Shown piece by piece: positions 23,501 through 29,400 of a stretch of 32,000 nucleotides of DNA. Position numbers and translations under genes: made by a program. Each line of letters starts with the position of its first letter. Positions within the stretch are counted from its first letter, which is position 1. The notes under the pieces were generated by a model. It was not told where the DNA came from and did not search any database. It saw only the letters and a program-made list of their open reading frames with translations. The DNA lies in NCBI RefSeq assembly GCF_024435075.2, contig NZ_JAMZEG020000002.1, forward strand, positions 1,063,484 through 1,095,483. Direction: 5' to 3'. The DNA is from Marinomonas maritima. Its GTDB lineage: Bacteria; Pseudomonadota; Gammaproteobacteria; Pseudomonadales; Marinomonadaceae.

Positions 23501-26426
23501 CATACGCCACCAGCACTTTATCACTGTATGCCGAGGGTGCCGTAGTAATAATGACCTGTTCGACCGCTTGGTGTTGACTAATACACGCTTCAATTTCACC
23601 AAGTTCAATACGAAATCCATTTATTTTCACTTGGAAATCTTTTCGACCAACAAGCTCGACAGATCCATCAGGCAACCAGCGAGCTAAATCTCCTGTTTGA
23701 TACATCCGCTGGCAATCTTTACTGTAAAACGGATCTATAGAGTACTTTTCAGCGGTTAATTCGGGTTGATTAAGATACCCTCGAGTAATGTTGGCACCGG
23801 CAATATACAACTCCCCCACCATACCGACTGGAACATGGTTTTTGTGGGAATCTAAAATATAATGACGGTTATTCGCTAAGGCGCTGCCAATATGTACACG
23901 CTCTGAAGATAAATCGGTTCTACCACCCGAACAATAAACGGTGGCTTCCGATGGCGCATATAAATTAAATAGTGAGACACTATCCGAGTGACCTAGCAAA
24001 TCCTCTCGTAGCTTTAAACTAAGGTGGTCGCCACCCGTTATCATCTTCAAACCATCATAAGGCCGCCAACCGTGATCCACTAACATCTGCCACGTTGCAG
24101 GGGTTGCTTGCATTACCGTAACAGAAAATTCTTTCTGACAAGCGATCATCAACTCTGGTGAACGCGTCTGATGCCAGTCAAAAATGGCTATCGTACTTCC
24201 CTGAATAAGCGGTAAGTAAATTTCGGCTAAATGAATATCAAAGCTTGGTGGTGTAATACACGCGACGGTATCACTAGATTTAAATTGCACCTTGTCTTGT
24301 AACGCATACAGTAGGTTGCAAACATTTCTATGCTCTATCATCACCCCTTTTGGTTCACCCGTTGAACCCGAGGTAAAGATGACATAGGCAAGATGATCAT
24401 TAGTTACCCCCAGAGATAGACTATCAATATTATCGCTGGGCAGGCGCGATAACGATGCCCACAATTCAGAATCGTCAAGACAAAACACATTTTCTATGGC
24501 AGACCCTAGCTGGCTATCTGCGTGCTCTGAGGTTAATAAAACATCCACCGAAGCGCGTTTGAGAATCTTATTCAAACGCATTGACGGTTGATTGGGATCT
24601 AAGGGTAAATAGGCCGCGCCTGCTTTTAATACAGCTAAAATACCGATAATGGCATTCACTGACCAACCATGAGCAAGACCGACACAATCATCTGGCTTTA
24701 CCCCAATGGACACGAGTTTATGCGCCAGTTGGTTGGCTTTTTCATTAAGCTGTTGATAGCTCAGGTTATAGCGCAGATCTGATCGGCCCTTCCAGATACA
24801 GGCGGTAGCGTGTGGGTGTTTCTCAACTTGTGCTTCAAACAAATCGGTAAAACGGTGCTCTTGAGGAAATACCTTGTCAGTTTGATTCCATCGCTGGATT
24901 TGCCGCTCACCCGCCGCCGACACTAAAGGTAGTGACGCAATTTCTTTATCCGGCTGAGCCAATACTTCGTGGAGCAATGTGCTGAAACTGTCACATAGCG
25001 CTTCAATTGTTTTGCCATTAAAGAGGCTAGTGGCATAAACCCAATACACTTCAAGCGTGTCGCCGCAATCATTGATATGCAATTCGAGTTCAAAATTAAT
25101 GCTATTTCTATCCACCAATAAAGGCTCTACTTCTGCATTCTCCAAGACTAAGTGATTGGTTGAATCTTCATTTAATACAAACAGCAATTGGAGTATCGGT
25201 GCATAACTGCTTTTGCGCGCATGTCCGGCGTTTTCTACAATCGTCTCAAACGGCATGTCTTGATAGCGAAACGCATCCGCCACATTTTTCTTTGCTGACT
25301 CCAGCAATTCCAAAAAAGACTGGTCTGGTTGAATATCGAGCCTAAGCGCTAAGGTGTTAACAAAAAAACCAATTAAGTTGTCAAGGCCTTGCCTGTCACG
25401 TCCCGCCACTGGTGTTCCGATCACGACATCCGGACATTCTGTCCAACGGCTGATTAACACGGAGTAAACGCTACTCAACAAGGTAAATAAGCTAGTTCCT
25501 TGTTGCTGTGCAAATGTTTTTAATCCGAGAGTGGTGGTCTTATCCAAGGTTTGTCGTAGCAAAGTACCATGAAAGTCTGGTTGTTGTGGCCGCACAAAGT
25601 CAGTGGGTAAACAATTTAATTCGTTAACCCCTAGCATTTTGTCTTTCCAGTAACGGACCGTTGCTGCCGAAGTATCCTCGTCACCTTCTTGCTGCCAACG
25701 AGCAAAATCAGCATACTGAAAATCCAATTCAGGCAGCACTGCAGGGGTATTCTGACGCGCTCCTTGCAAACAAGCATTTAACTCATTAAAAAAGCATTTG
25801 TATGACCAACCATCAAAAATCATATGGTGAAATACAAACACCAACACAGTCTCCTGCTTCGCTTCACATTCAAGCGCGGCAATGCGTATCAAAGGTGCGC
25901 GTGTTAAGTCAAAAGGAAAACTAGCCTGTTGGTGTATCCACTGTTTTTCATCAAAATTGTTGCTGCTGTCTCTTTGAATTGACAATGTAAAAGGAGCTAT
26001 CGCGCTGATAAGCTGCTTTGGGGTATCTGCTTCAACGGTAAATCCGGTGCGTAAAATCGAGTGGCGTTCAACCACCCGGTTAACGGCATGCTCAATGTTA
26101 CTTAGCTCCGCCTTACCTTTAATACGAAACCCAGTGACCATGTTGTAAAGACCTTGCTCACCGAACAAGTGCTCCAAATAGAATACACGTTGCTGGGCAT
26201 AGGTAAGCGGTGCTGCAAGCGTCGCTGGGCTAGCAACCGGACCCGCAGTAGGCCCAACATGATGGTGTGTTTCCAAAAACAGAATGACTTCCGCTTTTTT
26301 TTGTTTTAACGCGGCACTCAATTCCGAACTCAGCCCTCCTTGCTTCGTTCGATATTTTAGCGCCCCATTTTCAGTATATAAATGTACACCTTGCGATTTG
26401 GCCATCTGGATAAGTTGGTGAGCCAT
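14538..26426 (-). CDS. Non-ribosomal peptide synthetase (NRPS-2), 3962 aa: dock-C-A-T-C-A-T-E-C-A*-T-TE
   Basis: ATG at 26426 overlaps the upstream stop codon (TAATG). TAA at 14538-14540. Core motifs are listed in the domain entries below. Confidence 0.97.
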   Translation of the reverse strand: MAHQLIQMAKSQGVHLYTENGALKYRTKQGGLSSELSAALKQKKAEVILFLETHHHVGPTAGPVASPATLAAPLTYAQQRVFYLEHLFGEQGLYNMVTGFRIKGKAELSNIEHAVNRVVERHSILRTGFTVEADTPKQLISAIAPFTLSIQRDSSNNFDEKQWIHQQASFPFDLTRAPLIRIAALECEAKQETVLVFVFHHMIFDGWSYKCFFNELNACLQGARQNTPAVLPELDFQYADFARWQQEGDEDTSAATVRYWKDKMLGVNELNCLPTDFVRPQQPDFHGTLLRQTLDKTTTLGLKTFAQQQGTSLFTLLSSVYSVLISRWTECPDVVIGTPVAGRDRQGLDNLIGFFVNTLALRLDIQPDQSFLELLESAKKNVADAFRYQDMPFETIVENAGHARKSSYAPILQLLFVLNEDSTNHLVLENAEVEPLLVDRNSINFELELHINDCGDTLEVYWVYATSLFNGKTIEALCDSFSTLLHEVLAQPDKEIASLPLVSAAGERQIQRWNQTDKVFPQEHRFTDLFEAQVEKHPHATACIWKGRSDLRYNLSYQQLNEKANQLAHKLVSIGVKPDDCVGLAHGWSVNAIIGILAVLKAGAAYLPLDPNQPSMRLNKILKRASVDVLLTSEHADSQLGSAIENVFCLDDSELWASLSRLPSDNIDSLSLGVTNDHLAYVIFTSGSTGEPKGVMIEHRNVCNLLYALQDKVQFKSSDTVACITPPSFDIHLAEIYLPLIQGSTIAIFDWHQTRSPELMIACQKEFSVTVMQATPATWQMLVDHGWRPYDGLKMITGGDHLSLKLREDLLGHSDSVSLFNLYAPSEATVYCSGGRTDLSSERVHIGSALANNRHYILDSHKNHVPVGMVGELYIAGANITRGYLNQPELTAEKYSIDPFYSKDCQRMYQTGDLARWLPDGSVELVGRKDFQVKINGFRIELGEIEACISQHQAVEQVIITTAPSAYSDKVLVAYVKSQHSEQPLVEALRALLSEALPYYMTPTFFVVMAEFPLTYNRKVDRSALPIPTYSHISEEHCSATTATEKVIAATWSELLSIDDPDIDQNFFTLGGHSLLAIKMISRLGRALAITLTLKVLFEAPSIRRLARLCDELSADKKTTQTFAIKKVDTTNGVALSYSQQRLWTLDNIETHGRYYGIPLMYHISGQIEVSALSQSLDFIVNRHDVLRTVYKMTEQEPVQHVMPPVTGILQHLDAQSLSDPKSALADFEKMLFDQPFDLANGPVFRAGLVTLSENQHVLLLTIHHIAIDGWSVDILFEELQSCYSALVGHKVIEKVPLALQPLAFQYADYAVWQRERFSKESPAHLASLEYWRARLVDVPETHSLPTDFSRPANASYRGETHYSDLSPHLSNQVLAYAKTQGTTPFTVLYSAFTVLLARYSGSKDIVIGTPVANRERPDLDGLIGFFVNNIALRTRLPKEIDFAQLVSQNHADLLNDFAHQSLPFEKVIQDNNIPRRFNHHPIFQIMMVLEQSSSGDSLCLGDARLTAQMPSSVEARFDLTLGVRVVNGQLRLSWNFALDLFMRETIEALARHFDYLLQQMLSQSNADVMALALIPEKEQPSVLFANKGDILDVDQTLLVDLFDRQLERQPNHVALDYEGERLTYAELDKKANQLSHHLVILGVGANVPVAVFIERSPQMIIAMLAILKAGGAYLPIDTKAPLSRLTYILEDSKAPVLLAQLHLFSAEPPAFNGCLVLDVDACSLQDYSEEKPTLLSKPSVSDLAYIIYTSGSTGRPKGVLVEQVGVVNYIKCQYQYLDLSASDVYANASFLYLTNFSFDSSVASIWGSFYSGRPLHIVSEEKRFQLETLQKYLAEPERFAVAYIPPVLLAELVLPENAPLIPRIVLSGEAISSEVIERFVPHTRLFNEYGPTENSVCSTVHQYQQGDDPRNIGQGIDKVKTYVLDDALNLVPFGVAGHLYLAGAGIARGYLNQPELTAQRFIPSPFTPGERLYHSGDLVRRQRDGDLVYIGRSDEQIKIRGFRVELGEIEQQLNVCKEVEGALVMVQGTASGKRQLVAYVIAKQDTPALPDEELFQRLIGELSHQLPDYMTPVLWARLDAWPLTNNGKIDKKALPKPRAVSQITDHVAPSTSIEIEIAGIWSKLLKCDPVSVHDNFFALGGDSIMSMQAVSRAAKLGLHFTVKQLFDNPTIFSLTPHITMKKQEQAPQVSVTGKLPLLPIQHEFFHHGKEKNLHLFNQSILLNVPADFSFTLLEQTVTALYRRHDALRLQFTKDAESIHWQASFEPISTENQLNTVMQTRYDSKDSADLEAQCQRAQLSLNIEQGPMLKAVLLTSEDGNKLFLVIHHLVVDGVSWRIILDDLQLIYRQFKQGLPLVLEEKTASYQQWGQWLTSDPVMKAVESERPYWQKSLSDLAAVRSMPKDGAAHNKGQRGEKLLTLTLEQTQTLLKNTQQAYGTEVQELLLSALLLGLDEWRETRGQYNDDYAPLSLTLETHGRDGLDCHLEVSQTLGWFTSNYPLVLNAERGEIGDLICAVKEKIRAVPNKGMGYGVLNWFSPEQLDHREASPEILFNYFGQLDQMMEADSAFSFSSQATGEDGSFDHMQSYAIALNGRVKNGQLSFDFNFDLAAFSPAAVSDMIDAITRALQQIIEHCSSRDAVRLTPADVPLAKVKQQDLDNWSLSLSANNVRITDVYPATGMQQGLLYHSELAKEAYVTQLTVSLAQIDPSALKQAWQRVIARYDILRTAFLLANDGVRRQVVTDTTEIIWRDVNLKGQSESQQSANIEALQTQDKSCGFDATLPTLMRFTCIEMDSGQFKLIWSNHHALMDGWCLPIIWSDLSHFYQSLLTGKQSDLPAVIPYGQYIEWLACQNTQAAQLFWTESLANIESPTTLPSGFLPESECRDELSTKTTLTFSSQETQALEALAKNSQCTLNVLVQAAWGLVLSHYSGDETVLFGVTVSGRPAALPGIETMVGLFINTLPVVMKVPKGVSVTNWLRSIHKRHIDLEEYGYLPLQDIQQLSKVKGRNLFDSIVVFENYPVDELQGTASNKNRLQMNELASNEQTNYALTVIAAKSDVLEIKLLSQPGLLADWQLSELQKHIKNILLGMVATPHSCVQEVPLLSNAEQNFQINELNGTYDQVEGMGIHQWFEHYVKHTPDSVALIDEQAELTYDDVNIKANQLARYLVLQGVKANQYVGIVSERSSSMIVSMLAILKLGATYVPMDSKSPLSRLSYMMETCQMTHLLSDDADIGECYPVQLVDIKQVPCTLSSENIADQSCDIKMQPACVMFTSDATYKPKGVMVAHRAILGLVKNSHYVKLSQDQVIAQISDLSLDASTFEIWGALLNGAKLAILSDSVMKNSAALSHSIEQHAIDVMFMPTAQVNQLLALNPDVFAALDTLLFRGEEIDSAKLDSLLTQGKPNHLLYVYGPTENTVFSTSFEITELASYYPIGRPITNTSAYVLSPDNKLVPFGQVGELYLGGDGLAMGYLNRPDLSAEAFIENPFNQNSDEKLYRTGDLVRYMKTGDLVLVGRMGDSVSIGGVSIDLSAIRKRVLSHPKVEQVAVEMVAREGEKQLVVFIVGKVPEQGGKLSRAEIDELRGSLKGMLSRDLSSVVTPDEYVMLEVLPLTASGQLDHAALHEAALKNQVPKQVNTASPRDNIEMLVYQIWHDILLKKKIGIRDNFFEIGGSSISAIKVVHEIEKQLSVQIPVSELLKNPSIEALAWLIRSDATTTKSTVNPSQDLIQFRRGDGVHNVICIHPGGGTAFAYLALAKELPSHFGVYGIQAQGVDSDQPFLEDVQAMANHYISLIEHLLTTSHTIVGCSYGGYVSYEMARILQARGIDSMALLLDTEGSDDQSIRDKIKPVSSDVFREKLVTYNGMYPGIDDQQIDRYFRIYNHHLNTMKTMTLANTKAKTAVIIATQDKPADYLKVMKGYWENKACGEFLVEYVDADHSTMLEAPSILSVAQFIQRELCN
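14541..15224 (-). other. NRPS-2 C-terminal thioesterase domain
   Basis: VICIHPGGGTAFAY. GxSxG is present as GCSYG, with the Ser3810 codon at 14997-14999 verified. Asp in LLLDTE and His in DADHSTML. Confidence 0.9.
15282..15509 (-). other. NRPS-2 thiolation domain 3
   Basis: FFEIGGSSISAIKVV. The Ser3676 codon at 15399-15401 was verified. Confidence 0.88.
15552..17054 (-). other. NRPS-2 degenerate adenylation domain A*, module 5
   Basis: A1, A2, A5, A6 and A7 are intact (LTYDDVN, LKLGATYVPMD, YVYGPTENT, GELYLGGDGLAMGYL, YRTGDLVRY). A3 reads FTSDATYKPKGV (16572-16607, verified). A8 reads GRMGDSVSIGGVSIDLSAI. A9 is degraded. A10 reads SGQLD (15567-15581, verified), so the lysine is replaced by Gln. 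Confidence 0.85.
17127..18434 (-). other. NRPS-2 condensation domain 3 (DCL-like)
   Basis: The N-terminal motif VYPATGMQQGLLYHS resembles the DCL C1 motif (YPLTPMQEGMLFH). The active site is NHHALMDGWC. It lies directly after the E domain. Confidence 0.85.
18507..19859 (-). other. NRPS-2 epimerization domain
   Basis: E-domain cores PIQHEFF, HHLVVDGVSW (HHLVVDG at 19428-19448, verified), ETHGRDG, LGWFTSNYP, NKGMGYG, FNYFGQL. Confidence 0.9.
19887..20099 (-). other. NRPS-2 thiolation domain 2 (feeds the E domain)
   Basis: FFALGGDSIMSMQAV. The Ser2144 codon at 19995-19997 was verified. Confidence 0.9.
20142..21629 (-). other. NRPS-2 adenylation domain, module 4
   Basis: Cores LTYAELD, LKAGGAYLPID, YTSGSTGRPKGV, FDSS, NEYGPTENS, YHSGDLVRR, GRSDEQIKIRGFRVELGEIE, NGKIDKKAL. 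The hand-read pocket, approximately DSAYVSEVCK, matches no specificity I recognise. Confidence 0.88.
21717..23039 (-). other. NRPS-2 condensation domain 2 (LCL-like)
   Basis: HHIAIDGWS at aa 1264-1272. The C1 motif is ALSYSQQRLWTLD. Confidence 0.88.
23097..23309 (-). other. NRPS-2 thiolation domain 1
   Basis: FFTLGGHSLLAIKMI. The Ser1074 codon at 23205-23207 was verified. Confidence 0.9.
23352..24854 (-). other. NRPS-2 adenylation domain, module 3
   Basis: Cores LSYQQLN, LKAGAAYLPLD, FTSGSTGEPKGV, SFDIH, NLYAPSEAT (Gly to Ala in A5), YQTGDLARW, GRKDFQVKINGFRIELGEIE, NRKVDRSAL. The hand-read pocket DIAQIGLVYK is Gly-like (compare DILQLGLIWK). This assignment is tentative. Confidence 0.88.
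24927..26219 (-). other. NRPS-2 condensation domain 1 (LCL-like)
   Basis: HHMIFDG is encoded at 25809-25829 (verified). The C1 motif is PLTYAQQRVFYLE. Confidence 0.88.
26271..26426 (-). other. NRPS-2 N-terminal TubC-like (beta-hairpin) docking domain
   Basis: MAHQLIQMAKSQGVHLYTENGALKYRTKQGGLSSELSAALKQKKAEVILFLE matches the pattern 'G-V-x-L-x-x-E-x-G-x-L-x-Y-R-x-x-x-G-x-L-x-x-E-L-x-x-x-L-x-x-x-K-x-E-L/I' of TubC N-terminal docking domains. Confidence 0.75.
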
Positions 26427-29400
26427 TATATTTCACCCTCTTCCATATTCAGCACTAGATCCGTGGGCACCTGATCGCGAGCACTGAGAATTGCATCAAT
26501 ATAACTGGCTAAATCTCGTATCGTTGCCTGCGTAAAAAAGTCGCTCATTTTCAGTTCGACCTGCAACTCAAGCCTAATTCGACCAATCATCTTCATCGCT
26601 AGTAGTGAGTGTCCGCCAATGGAAAAGAAGTTATCCGTTACGCCAACTTGATCTCTTGTTAAACTATCTTGCCAAATAGCAACTAAGGTTTTTTCAGTTT
26701 CCGTTGCCGCTATTTCTAAAGGCGTATCTCCCGTCAAAGGAGAAAGTAATTTAGTTTTGTCTATTTTCCCCTGAGCGGTCATCGGCATGTTTGCCAATAC
26801 CACAATAGCATTAGGTCTCATATAAACGGGAAGTGACTGCTTCAGTAACCCCCTTAACTTACGAGTTAGGACCCTCTCACTGCTTTGATCCGTTTGCCAT
26901 GCCAAAACCTCTTGCTCGGAAAGCGTGATGTAAGCATAAATGGCTTCTTCTCGTACTAAAGCTATCGCCTGAGAGACCTCAGCATTTTCTAGCAAGCGCG
27001 ACGAGATCTCTCCCAATGCAACTCGATACCCTCTTACTTTCACTTCATCGTTTAGCCTACCCAAAAACTCAAGTTGACCATCAGATCGCCAACGCACCAA
27101 ATCACCCGTTTTGTAATAACGATGATTTTGTTCCTCTGGCCCGGATAGATGAGCGGCTTCTACGAAACGTTCTTCTGTTAATTCTGGTTGATTCAGGTAG
27201 CCTTTGGCTACGCCAGCCCCTCCGATATATAGTTCACCCGGAACACCAACAGGCGCTAGTTGACCATCTATCACTACTCTTGCCGTTGCATTGGCGATAG
27301 GTCGGCCAATTGGAGGAGAAATCACATTTTTCGGATCCATTTTGTAAAAAGTAGCGTCTACGGTGGTTTCTGTTGGCCCATATAAATTAAATAAGTTGGC
27401 ATGAAAATCAGCAGGGAACTGAACTTGACCTAATTTATCGCCGCCGACCAGCAAGGTATCCAATGACTGAGGCCAATTAAAATTTCTGGCACATGCGGCT
27501 TCCAACAACCCAGTTGGGAGACACGTATGGGTAACGTTAAATCGCGCCATCACGATAGATAATGTATCGAGATCATCACGTTCGTTATCTGACAATAGCA
27601 CTACCTGGCCACCCACCATCAATAACGGCCAAACCTCTGCCATAAAGGCATCAAAGCCCACATAAGCCAAACTGGTACCCACTGAGTTTTCATTCAACTT
27701 AAATTCATCTACATGCCAAAGACAGTCATTTATTAACGCTGAGTAGCCTATTTCAACCCCTTTAGGAACACCGGTTGAACCCGATGTATAGATGATATAG
27801 CCACTCTGGTTTTGATTATCCGCAACGGGCGAAAACATCGGCAGGGCTTTCGTCACCCTATGTGCGTTAGTAATATCCACGACCGATTGCGGGCAATCAA
27901 TTAAGAAGGACAGTTCAATCATGTCAGACAACACCAATTTCGACCCGCTGTCAGACAGAACAAATACCGCTCTTTGCGCCGGAAGGTCTGGTGCGATAAC
28001 CACGGCGCAAGCACCCATTTTAAACACCGCCAGCATGGCGATAACCAAAGATGGAGTTCGATCAGCAACAATAGCGACTTTGTCACCTGATTGAATATTG
28101 TTATCGGCCAATTCAACCGCTAATTGGGTGGAAGCCCCTTCGAGTTGGCCATAAGTCAAATCAAGAGGACCGCTACTGACCGCAAGTTTGTCCGGCGTAG
28201 ATAGCGCGATCGCACTAATGGCTGAAACTAAGTCTTGGCCAGAAAATTGTTGCATTGTTTCTAAGGACAGCGGCTTTCCACGACCCCAATCATTCACCAT
28301 AAGATGGGCTTGGGAAGGCGGGATAATATCGAGTTTTTCTAAGGCCAGATCACTGCATTGCTCAAAGTCATCAATTACATTAAGAAATACATTTTTAAAA
28401 CTGTCGAGAAAGGAAGCGATCTCTTCTTGGGTATAAACATCGCTGCGATACTCCCATAAGAAGTGCACCTCACCGTTTTCGTTAAAGGTTTCTCCTCTTG
28501 GCACAACTAAGCAATCGATATCAAATTTAGACGTATCCGAAATAACGGTTTCATCCTTGTGCCATTGCATCCCAGGAATAGGATCGGTATAGATCGGTGT
28601 GTCGTGAAACCCCAGTAGCACGTTAAAAAACGGATTACTGTCACCATCACGCTCTGGGTTTAACGCTTCTACCACATGAATAAAAGGCAATTCTTCATTG
28701 GATTGCGCTTCGTCTACGGTTGCCTGAGTTTGCGTTAGAAAAGCACGTAGCGAACTGGAACTATCTATCTGTTGACGCAGCACCAGCGTATTCACAAACA
28801 TGCCTAACGTGGTGTGACTGTTACTCCAATTACGATTGGCAAACGCCGACCCAAAACTCAGGTCGGTCTGCCCCGAGTAACGCCATAGACAAAGATACAA
28901 AATGGAGGAGGTGAAACTAAAGCTGGTGACGCCCAATTGTTGGCACAAAGCTTCCATCGCTTGCCATTGGGCACGGGAAAAAATGATTTTCTGATGATCT
29001 CCCGCAAAGGCTAAGGAGCGTGACTTTTTACCGAACAGCGCGACGCCATTCGGGGAGCCTGCCAACTTATTTCGCCAAAATTCAAGCTGCTGCTCTGCAT
29101 AGGACGACTTTAGCCAGTCACGCTGAGCAAACATAAAATCGGAATATTGAGCAGGAGGATTTATCTCAATTTTATAGCTGTGATCCACCTGTGCATGGTA
29201 GATTTCAATTAACTCTCGGGTAAATTCATTGGCGCTCCAACCATCGTGAATGATGTGGTGCTCCTGATGCAACAAGACATGATGTGTATTTGAGAATGCC
29301 ACTAATAGAAATTCAGCCAACGGTAATTGACTTAAATTGTCGAGGCGGGCAAGTCGGGTCTTAAAGGTTTGTTCGAGAAAATTTTCTTGCTGCGCGAGCG

